From NCBI GenBank assembly GCA_051294375.1, contig CM119270.1, positions 16,053,452 through 16,117,451 on the forward strand: DNA of 64,000 bases, read 5' to 3'. The stretch comes from Paraspadella gotoi (Eukaryota; Animalia; Chaetognatha). Shown here in pieces: positions 39,172-49,672 of the stretch. Below the pieces are notes generated by a model. That model saw only the letters and a program-made list of their open reading frames with translations, was not told where the DNA came from and did not search any database. The position numbers and the translations under genes are program-made. Numbering within the stretch: the first letter of the stretch is position 1; each line of letters starts with the position of its first letter.

Positions 39172-40396
39172 TAAGGGGTGAACTTAGGTAATATTTTGCC
39201 TGATTAGGACTGAGGCAAAGTGTTACTGAAATTGCCTAGGTAAAGAAATGATTTTTCTTAATAAAATATAGGCAATTTCTGAATCAAAATATTTTGCTTA
39301 TATTTATTTTTAAAGATAAAAAAAACAATATATTTTCTTTTATTGTTATAATTTCGTTTATCAACTATATTTTCAATTTGTTATTACTATATTTTAAGCC
39401 CAAAAAATACTTTTCGCAGATGGCATGAAATATGAGTATCAGCATTAAGTTTGTAAACTACTTGGCTACTACCGACCCAGAACCAATAAAATTATTAAAG
39501 AAGATTAATTCATTGATAAATAAAAATTAACAGATAATATAGAAATTAGTAATAACAATAAGGATGCATACATTTAAAAAGATTTGCAATGTAAGTACAT
39601 ATTCAGTTGTATCCTGATATGATTGGAGATTAAAACCTTGATCAAAGATGATATAAAAATGAATACAAGACTCAAGTCGCCCAAAAATGTTTTGTATCTT
39701 ATTTGAATGTCAAAGCTCATTAGAATTCTTTGCAGAATATGATATGGATTACTCAATAGTCAATACCTCCCTAGCTGTTTATATTAAAAAATTCGAGCTC
39801 GATATGGAAAGTAAATATCCTATGGATATGATTTTCAAATAAAAAAAAATCTAAAAAAATTCTCCTTCTATTTTTTCATCATTAACAAAGATTTTAACTC
39901 AAAGTAAAAAATAACATTCTTGAACATACTGAAAAATGTTTATTTTAATTAAAAACAACTATATAATAGACTCCAACCCCATTCACCAAACACCAAATAT
40001 AGTTTTAGCTATTACTTTTTTTTATAAAATTATTTTATGTTTCATTAAAAATATTTGGGCTAAAACTAATTGAATTTCAATGTTGAGCAAATTAAAGTTT
40101 ATATTTGATAAAGATTTTGTTTAAAAATTAATACCGAAAAATATCCTATTTTGTTACTTTTTTAATTTTATATGAAAATTTGCAAAATTACTTATTCAAT
40201 ATCTTATATTTTTATATTTTATGAATGTTTTACTATTTAAACTTAGAGAAAAACAAAGTTTATTTGTTTATTATAACGATTTTTATTTTACATAGGGACA
40301 TGTTTCGGCTTTATGTATAAGCCTTCATCAGCGTTTGAATAATCAGACAAATTTTTCTCTTAACATTGAGTCAGAGAGAGAGAGAGAGAGAGAGAG

Positions 40397-40439
<43 letters not shown>

Positions 40440-40925
40440 AGAGAGAGATAAACGTTCCAACAAAGGTTGAGAAAAAGACACTGGTCAGATTGAGGACAGG
40501 TGAAGGTAATGCTTTACTATTTAAACTATATTATTTAATTATATATATATTATTTTTTTTAAATATTATTTGCTTATTATATCTAATAACTCATTTTGGA
40601 GGAGGAGGTCTGTGTTGTCTTCTGGAAATCGAAATACAACACTAGGTTAGACTACAATAGAATACAATTAGACTAGAATATTTAATATTTAATACAATAT
40701 TTAATATTTAATACAATATTTAATATCATTTGGCTTAAAATTATTAAAGATAACCTTTCCCTTTGAAATCTTAGCAAATTAGATCATAAGTTTATCAGTT
40801 ATGTCTTAGATTTAAAGATTTCCTCAATTAAAAATTGCCTACTTTTATTCAGTTAACTACTAGGTAAACCAAAAAATTGTCTATTACCTATTTAAGAAAA
40901 AATCTTTGCCTAAGTTCACCCCTTA
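39172..40925 (+). mobile_element. Non-autonomous hAT-like DNA transposon, 1754 bp
   Basis: 17-bp TIR TAAGGGGTGAACTTAGG / CCTAAGTTCACCCCTTA and 8-bp TSD CACCGGGC (39164-39171, 40926-40933). There is no transposase ORF. Confidence 0.85.
40297..40331 (-). ncRNA. Minimal type I hammerhead ribozyme inside the hAT-like element
   Basis: acg-CTGATGA-A-GGCTT-atacata-AAGCC-GAAACATGTC-cct followed by AAAATAAAAATCGTT. Confidence 0.7.
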
Positions 40926-42888
40926 CACCGGGCTAGAATCCCCGGACCTTTGGGTTGGGAGGCGAATGACTTGCCTCCGCCACGCAATCGGCCGAATGAT
41001 GAACGGTTGGTGGATTTTAGTCCACCATAATATTTTTTTTATTATATTTTTTTATATTTTGTTCAGTGCGAGAGGGGGAAAAAAGAAAGAAGATAGAGAG
41101 AGAGAGAGAGTGCGTTAGAGATATAAGTATGTATAAGCACAATATTATGCAATATTGCCAATAAAGCAGATCAATCATTTTAGTTCAAACTTGTTTGTAA
41201 CATAAAAAACCATATGGATTTAAAAAAAAGTAGACTTAAATTTAAAGAAAAACAACAAAAATATAAGAAATAATTTTTTTAGTTTTATAGAATTAAAAAA
41301 GTTTAATTTATATTTTAATTTAGCTTATAATTACAGTTTTTTTTCAGATAGATAAAATCTTTTGTTCAACTCAGATTTTATTTTCATATATTAAAAAGAA
41401 TAATTAAAAAAATAAATATGTAATTTTTTTCATAGATTCTCGACCAAAGAGGAAGAGAGAACAAAAGAAAACCAAAAAATAAAAGAAGAGAATAAGAAAA
41501 AGTGAATGAAAAAATTAAGAGCAAACAATTTTAAATTTTAAATATTATGGGTTAAAATAAGTAAAAAGAGTCAAGTAAATGTGACTCATATTTTTTTCAT
41601 TTAAACTCATTTCCACTCGTACCGAAACTTTATATCAAGCTTCGTCACACATTTTCCTACCCACACACAAAATTTGAACTCAATCTATCCATCCAATTAT
41701 GATTAATTAGAGTATTTATTGGTTAAAATATGTAAAAAGATTTTGGTAAATGCGATTTATGTTTTTTCCATTTAAACTCATATCCACTCACACGATTCCG
41801 TCGAAACTTTATATCCAGCTTCATCACACATGTTCCTACCCATACACAAAATTTCATTCCGATCCAACCAGCCAATCTCGAGTTATTGGGGCTTTTTGCT
41901 AAGGTGGGATGGATGGACGGATTGATTGATTGAATAATTAATTAGTTATTAATTAATTGACTAATTGATTAATTAACTGATTAATTATTTGATTTATTAA
42001 TACATCCTGCATATACATTTAATATAAAAGGAAAAAAAATCATAATCAATTAGTGAAACAGGTTTTTTGTTTTTTTCCATTTAAACTCATTTCCACTCAA
42101 ACTATTCCATCGAAACTTGGTTTCCTGTTCAATCACACACTTTCCTACTCACATACAAAATTCCAGGTCAATCGCCCCATCCACTCATGAGCAATTGGTG
42201 TTCAAATAGTGAATTATATGTTTTTGTTTTTTCCATTTAAACTCATTTCCACTCGGACGATTCCATCGAAACTTCATATACAGCTCAATCACACACTTCC
42301 CTACCCACACAAAATCTCATTCCAATCCATCCATTCAATCACGAGTAATTGGTGTTTTTTGCTAAGGTGGGACGGACGGACGGACGGACGGACGGACGGA
42401 CAGACAGACGGACGGACATCATTTTTTTGCATAATTTATCATAATTCGATGTTCTGACATGATATAAGTTAGTGCCCGACAATATTGAGGGGGCGCACGA
42501 ATTATAGAGTCGGGATCTGCTGATAAGCAGATCCGACTAAAAAAAGAAATTATTGTAAAAGATTGCTACATTTACTCCACATGCATCGGTTCAGGAGAAG
42601 AAATAAGATTGAAAAAAAAAAAGACACACAATTGCGTCGATGATTGAAGAATTTGAAAAAAAGATTTAATTTCGGACAGAAACCGGTTGGAACTTTCGGG
42701 GGAAAATTGGAAAAACCGGCTCGAATAAACCAAAATCTAACTATGGAAGTACATCGAGTTAAATAAAAAAACCTGGCATGATTAGTCACAAAGCTATAAA
42801 AAGTTTTTATAGATAGGCATTGTATTAATCCTTTCAGCTTCGTTGAGTTTAGAGATTTAAGCAAAATTTGAAAATAATTTCATCAACG

Positions 42889-42924
42889 CTGATGAAGACT
42901 CGAAATAAAGAGTCGAAACATGTC
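42889..42924 (+). ncRNA. Minimal type I hammerhead ribozyme (best-preserved copy)
   Basis: acg-CTGATGA-A-GACTC-gaaataaa-GAGTC-GAAACATGTC-cgt, with AATAAA downstream and perfect 30-bp inverted arms at 42859-42888 and 42941-42970. Confidence 0.8.
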
Positions 42925-44252
42925 CGTACACAAATAAAATCGTTGATGAAATTATTTTCAAATTTTGCTTATAGATAGGCAAAATTGACTGAAATTTAGC
43001 GTAAAGGTTAGTACAATAAAATGGCTTCTCAAAATATGCTAATTTTCTAAATACGAGTCTTCGCGATCGAGAAACTTCTTTTGTAGGATTTATTTTAGTG
43101 GAGACACCTGGATTTTTCCTTTCGGATTTTTTAAACTGTTGTCAACAAAAAATAATTTTCTATTAAAAAAACTTTTAAAAATTGTGATTAAAGACGTTTT
43201 TAAAATTAAAGTGATCCGTTTTATCGAAATGAACTTAATCGGTTTTTCTTTTGGTAAATATATCATCCAAACTTTACATGTTTTCTTAATACCTCATAAT
43301 TCAGCTTAGTATTTGTTTGTAAATTAATATTTACATACTCATATTCTTTAACATTGCAATAAGTTTTGTTTAATATAATGTAAAGTCCAGACGACCATAA
43401 GATAAGAGAGATATTGACTTTCGTCTCGTCGTCTCTCAATCGCGATCATTCGGGATTCGTCTTCATCTTCCGTATTTCTTCCATATTTATTCTGTGATTA
43501 ATTGTAACAGTCCGTGTTTTATAGTGATTATTATGAATATTATTGTCTGATATAGATATTGCAGTCAAGGCAAGAGCAACTGGAATATATATCTATCTAT
43601 CAAGACGCCAACTGGATAAGAACTTTAAAAACTTTATGGCGCCCGTGATTCCGGTCTTCAGTCCGGTTTATCTCCCGACATTTTCTCCCTCTCCGCTAGG
43701 TCGAGAAGGGGGTTCTTTTCAATAATATTCAATTACTCGGCGTTTGGCAGATTTTTTTTTCAGGTTAACGATTCGGGACGATTTCCAAAGGGCTTTAGGG
43801 GGGATTATCATTTTGGTTGAAAATCATTTCTGTCTTTTTCTTACAGGTAGTAGTTTATTGATAATCATATCGCTTTGATAATTATTTTTTATATTAATTT
43901 TCTTTTTAATAGGCGGCTTAGAGAGAACGTGGGTTGAAGAGGGGGTTATTGAAGTATATTACAAAGGCTTAGGCGACGTATGAACTTGGAGAATTTTGTA
44001 TTACAGAGGTGAATTTCCAAGTAATAGTAATAAATTTGTTGTAAAAATATTAAAAACTTTCGTTTTTCTAATCTGCTAATCTTATGAACAACGAAAATGG
44101 AGAAAATACACAATGTCAAGGTCTACACAAAGATTTGCTCTCAAATATTATAATAATATTATATTATTATTATAGTTTAGAGATGAAACAAAAAAATCGT
44201 TGGAATAGCAATTTTTATTTTTATTATTGAACATGTTTCGACTCTTCACTTG

Positions 44253-44290
44253 CTGATGAAGAATCGTACCACTAAGAGTCGAAACATGTT
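44253..44290 (+). ncRNA. Minimal type I hammerhead ribozyme at the centre of a 75-bp inverted repeat
   Basis: ttg-CTGATGA-A-GAATC-gtaccactaa-GAGTC-GAAACATGTT-caa. The arms at 44172-44246 and 44274-44348 have one mismatch. Confidence 0.7.
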
Positions 44291-44405
44291 CAATAATAAA
44301 AATAAAAATTGCTATTCCAACGATTTTTTCGTTTCATCTCTAAACTATTTTAAATAGCAAAAAAGAAAGTCAAAATACAATATTATTATTATAATAATAT
44401 TAATA

Positions 44406-44644
44406 TTATGGTGGACTAAAATCCACCAACCGTTCATCAGCGGCCATTGGAGCCGGAGGCAAGTCATTCGCCTCCCAACCCAAAGGTCCGGGGTTCTAGC
44501 CCGGTGGTCGTCTGGCAGTTAAGAGGGATGGGGCGCTTAACTCGCCTGTAACATGGTGTTACAGCCTGATCCGAAGCTCAGGGACTGCTTATATTGAACG
44601 GTTCTGTCACTAACACATAACAATAAATACTGTCTCTTCAATAT
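44406..44644 (+). mobile_element. tRNA(Gly)-headed SINE-like / HINE-like repeat, full copy
   Basis: 72-nt tRNA-like segment at 44440-44511 (GCGGCCA/TGGTCG acceptor, cgcctCCCaa, T-arm CCGGG-GTTCTAG-CCCGG). It has a conserved 5' extension with a hairpin and a structured body, and there are three copies in the window. Confidence 0.8.
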
Positions 44645-45017
44645 TACGATTCTATAAATTCGTTTGATTTTAGAATAACGAAGGTTTCATTTTCGTTTTC
44701 AGCAATGGCAACTCGAATTTTTATTTATAGTAAAAATATGAACATTTTTTTGGGTGCATCTCCGGCATCAAATTTGTAATGGATCTGGCCGCGATCCAGA
44801 GAGAAATCTCGATGGAAGTGAGCTTCACTATCCTTTGCCGCTCTATTACCCACTGATGAAACACATTGCCGACTGAATTTGCTCCATAACAAAGTTATCT
44901 CGCACGTTGGTAGAGACCTCGTCGATGGCGCCGGCGAAAAAATCGGCGTCGAAATGTCGCCGAATCTCGCGTCTGAGCAGCTCGTAGTCGACCTCGATAC
45001 GATGACAGGGTATTTGA

Positions 45018-46759
45018 TAAGGGGTGAACTTAGGCAAAGATTTTTTCTTAAATAGGTAATAGACAATTTTTGGTTTACCTAGTAGTTAACTGAAAAAGTA
45101 GGCAATTTTTAATTGAGGAAAAGATCTTTAAAACTAAGACATAACTGATAAACTTATGATCTAATTTGCTAAGATTTCAAAGGGAAAGGTTATCTTTAAT
45201 AATTGAAGCCAAATGATATTAAATATTGTATTAAATATTAAATATTGTATTAAATATTAAATATTCAGTCTAATTGTATTCTATTGTAGTCTAACTAGTG
45301 TTGTATTTCGATTTCCAGAAGACAACACAGACCTCCTCCTCCAAAATGAGTTATTAGATATAATAAGCAAATATATTAAAAAAAAATAATATATATATAA
45401 TTTAAATAATATAGTTTAAATAGTAAAGCATTACCTTCACCTGTCTCAATCTGACCCACTGTCTTTTTCTCAACTTTGTTGGAACGTTTATCTCTCTTCT
45501 TTTCTCTCTCTCTCCTCTTCTCTCTCTCTCAACTTTCTCTCTCTTCTCTCTCTCTCTGACTCAATGTTAAGAGAAAAATTTGTCTGATTATTCAAACGCT
45601 GATGAAGGCTTATACATAAAGCCGAAACATGTCCCATGTAAAATAAAACTTGTTATAAATAAACAAATAAACTTTGTTTTTCTCTAAGTTTAAATAGTAA
45701 AACATTCATAAAATATAAAAATATAAGATATTGAAATAAGTAATTTTGCAAATTTTCATATAAAATTAAAAAAGTAACAAATAGGATATTTTTTCGGTAT
45801 TAATTTTTAAACAAAATCTTTATCAAATATAAAACTTTAATATTGCTCAACTGAAATTCAATTAGTTTTAGCCCAAATATTTTTAATGAAGCATAAAATA
45901 TTTATAAAAAAAAAAGTAATAGCTAAAACTAATATTTGGTGTTTGAGTTGAATGGGTTGGAGTCTATTATATAGTTGTTTTAATTAAAAATAAACATTTT
46001 TCCAGTATGTTTCAAGAATGTTATTTTTACTTTGAGTTAACAATCTTTGTTAATGATGAAAAAAATAGAAGGAGAATTTTTTTAGATATTTTTTTTTAAT
46101 TGGAAAATCATATCCATAGGATATTTACTTTCCATATCGAGCTCGAATTTTGTTAATATAAACAGCTAGGGAGTAAATTGATATTGAGTAATCCATATCA
46201 TATTCTGCAAAGAATTCTAATGAGCTTTGACATTCTAAATAAGATACAAAACATTTTTGGGCGACTGAGTCTTGTATTCATTTTTATATCATCTTTGATC
46301 AAGGTTTTAATCTCCAAATCATATCAGGATACAACTGAATATGTTACATTGCAAATCTTTTTAAATGTATGCATCCTTATTGTTATTACTAATTTCTTAT
46401 ATTATCTGTTAATTTTTATTTATCAATGAATAATCTTCTTAAAATTTTATTGTTCTGGGTCTGGTAGTAGCCAAGTAGTTTACAAACTTAATGCTGATAC
46501 TCATATTTCATGCCATCCTGCAAAAGTATTTTTTGGGCTTAAAATATAGTAATAACAAATTGAAAATATAGTTGATAACGAAATTATAACAATAAAAGAA
46601 AATATATTGTTTTTTTATCTTTAAAAATAAATATAAGCAAAATATTTTGATTCAGAAATTGCCTATATTTATTAAGAAAAATCATTTCTTTACCTAGGAA
46701 TTTCAGTAACACTTTGCTCAGTTAATCAGGACAAAAATATTACCTAAGTTCACCCCTTA
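45018..46759 (-). mobile_element. Second, inverted copy of the hAT-like element
   Basis: Same TIRs but a different 8-bp TSD, GTATTTGA (45010-45017 and 46761-46768, with one extra A), so this is an independent insertion. Confidence 0.85.
45599..45633 (+). ncRNA. Hammerhead ribozyme copy carried by the second hAT-like element
   Basis: CTGATGAAGGCTTATACATAAAGCCGAAACATGTC, the reverse complement of 40297-40331. Confidence 0.7.
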
Positions 46760-47245
46760 AGTATTTGATGAAATCTCGCGGAGCTCGGCGATTCTTTGGC
46801 CGCAGTGGGTCGCCGATGGTTCATTCCCATTCCATCTTCAGACGTATTTATTAGCCAATTAAATAAGATATGCAAGAATATGTTCGACGTTTACAGATTT
46901 TTCATCAAGAGCTAATAAATTTAAGCAAAAAAACTACAAAGTCAGGGTTATATATTAAGGACTTAAGAAAAATGGGAATTAAATTTTTTAATAATTATAG
47001 AGGAGCTAATAAATAAATATAATGTTACTGATGTTAATCTATTTTCAAAAAAGATTATACATGATAGTTTCTAATAAAAATGACAAGAAAAAATAACAAA
47101 AAATAAACCATAAGTAATAATTATAATAAATAACATCACAATATTATTAAATAACTTATTTAATTTATTAACTTATTTAACTCTCTGATTTAATTAATTT
47201 TTTAACTTTTACCAATTAACTTATTTTAACTTTACATTAACATAC

Positions 47246-49672
47246 CCTAGTTGTAGTTCATTCAAATAGCGATGTCGCCGGCGATTCACGCACGAGTTGC
47301 AGGTGTGGTTCAAGTTGGTGGCACTTCGCCATGGCGATATCGCCAGGGTTTTTGGCGATGTCGCCAGTCCCCCCACTGGCGACCTCGCCAGTGATAAAAG
47401 TAGCGAATATAATGAAAAGCGCAGCTAACACGGGTGAGCATCACCTTACGGCTCATCTCCCAACCCTAACCCTAACAAACCTCCCGTTAACTCTGTGCCT
47501 CTCCCTAACCCTACCCGGGCCTGGGCCTCCCGTACATCTCCATGCCTCAACCCTAACCCTAACCGCTTTGATGATCAACCACGGGCCCTCCCCCAACCCG
47601 TACCCAACCAGCCTTCCGTCAACTCTGTGCCTCTCCCTAACCCTAACCCAGGCTCAGTCCCGTACATCTCCGTGCCTCAACCCTAACCCTAACCGCCTTC
47701 GATGCATCAACCACGGGCCCCTCCCCCAACCCTAACCCTAAAACTAAGCCTCCCGTTCAACTCCAGGCCTTCTCCCCTAACCCTACCCAGGCCCAGCCTC
47801 CCGTACATCTCCGTGCCTCAACCCTAACCCTAACCGCCTTCGATAATCACACCATGGGTCCCTCCCGCAACCCTAACCCTAAACCAAGCCTCCCGTTCAA
47901 CTCCATGCCTCTCCCCTAACCCTACAACCAGGCCCGCCTCCCGTACATCTCCGTACCTCAACCCTAACCCTAATTGCCTTCGATATATACCCAGCGGGCC
48001 TCTTCATCCCAACCATAACCCTAAAACCGGGCCAGGCCTCCCGTACATCCCGTACCTCAACCCTAACCCTAATGCCTTCGATATATAACCACGGGCCTCT
48101 CTCCCAACCCTAACCTAAACCGGCGGCCCAGGCCTCCCGTACATCTCCGTGCCTCAACCTACCCTAACGCGGCCTCTTGGTCATCAACAACTAACCCTCC
48201 ATACCCTATCCCTAAAATTGACATTAACTAATAGCTAAAATAACTACTTAACCTCAACCCTAGACCCTAACCCTAAAACTACTCAACCCTAACCCTAAAA
48301 CTACTCAATCAGCTAAACCCTAAACTACTGACCTACTAGTCCCTAACCCTAAAACCAACTCAACCTAACCCTACCCTAATCTGAGTTTATTTAGGCAGAA
48401 ATCGCCATAACTAGAACGTAGATGTAGTTCAGCAGCTAAACGCCAAATGCGGGGACTCATGGCTAAGCGCGATTTGCGATTCGCACTGAACTACATCTAA
48501 GCTTTCTAGTTAAGGCGATTTCCGCCTAAAATAAACTCAGATTTAGGTTTAGGGTTAGGGTGAGTTGGTTTAGGGTTAGGGTTGCAGTAGTAGTAGTTAG
48601 GTTAGGGTGAGTAGTTTAAGGGTTAGGTTGAGTAGTTTAAGGGTTATGGGTAGGGTTGAGTTAAGTTAAGTTTATTTTAGGCTTATTATTAATGTCAATT
48701 TTAGGGTATAGGGGTAGGGAGGGTGTTGTTATGACCAAGAGGCCCGCGTTATGGTTACGGGTTGAGGCACGGAGATGTACGGTGCTGGGCCCGTTAGGGT
48801 TAGGGTGTGGGGAAGGCTTGGGTATATATATACGAAGGCAGTTAGGTAGAGGTCGAATTACGGGAAGGCCCTGGGCCGGTTTAGGTTAGGGATTGGGATG
48901 AGAGAGCCCCTCCCCCCGTGGGTTATACTATGAAGGCATTAGGGTTAGGGTTGAGGTTCACGGAGATGTACGGTGCGGCTCGGCCTGTTTAAGTATGGAG
49001 ACCATGGATTTGAACGGAGGCTTGGTTAGGGTTAGGGTTGCGGGAGGGACCCATTGGTTTAATTACATCAATCTTGCGGTTAGGTTAGGGTGTGACGGCA
49101 CGGAGATGTAACGGGAGGTGGGCCTGGGTTGGGTTTAGGGGAAGCATGGAGTGAACGGGAGGCTTAGTTTAGGGTTAGGTTGGGGGAGGGCCCTGTGGTG
49201 ATGCATCGAAGGCGGTTAGCGGTTAGGGGTTGAGGCACGAGATGTACGGAGCCGCTGAGCTGGGTTTAGGGTTGGGAAGAGGCACAGAGTTGAACGGAAG
49301 GCTTGGTTTAGGGTTAGGGTGGGGGGAGGGGCCGTGGTTATGCATCAAGGCGTTAGGTTAGGTTGAGGCATGAGATGTACGGGAGGCCCTAGGCCCGGGT
49401 TAGGGTTACGTGAGAGGCACAGAGTGAACGGGAGGTTTGGTTAGGGTTAAGGGTTGGGAGAGGAGCCTGAAGGTTGATGCTTCACCCCGTGTTAGCTGCG
49501 CTTTTCATTATATTCGCCTACTTTTGATCACTGGCTGAGGTCGCCATGGTGATGAATCTATCCCAAAACTTTCCTGGCGATATCGCCATGCGCGAAGGTC
49601 GCCACTGAACCAACACGCTGCAACTCGTGCGGTGATATCGCCGGCGACATCGCTATTTGAAGAACTACAACT
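47246..49672. repeat. Fold-back palindrome of the telomere-like satellite element, centre about 48455
   Basis: The left arm carries (CCCTAA)2+spacer units and the right arm is its noisy reverse complement. Ends are GTTGTAGTTC / GAACTACAAC. Confidence 0.85.

Larger units (their letters stand above)
39026..41030 (-). mobile_element. tRNA-headed repeat split by the hAT-like insertion (halves 41030-40926 and 39171-39026)
   Basis: The two halves rejoin exactly at the duplicated CACCGGGC to give a full copy of 44406-44644. Confidence 0.85.
37430..42540 (+). mobile_element. Composite DINE-1/HINE (Helentron-associated)-like region with nested insertions
   Basis: 5' AAAACAAGTTTGAGC..GTCGGATCTGC (37430-37461), internal tandem units tttttccatttaaactcatttccactc (about 41590, 41762, 42070, 42228), a (GGAC)n microsatellite at 42370-42418, and a 3' hairpin AGTCGG(G)ATCTGC-tgataa-GCAGATCCGACT (42508-42538) followed by an A-run. 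Extra 5'-end copies lie at about 38395 and 38960-38995. Confidence 0.55.

Noticed and set aside
44440-44511. Functional tRNA-Gly gene
   Set aside because: The D and anticodon stems do not pair well, and the segment is embedded in a longer repeat present three times.
39172-46759. Large inverted repeat as an assembly fold-back
   Set aside because: Each copy has its own 8-bp TSD and interrupts a different host sequence, so the two are independent insertions.
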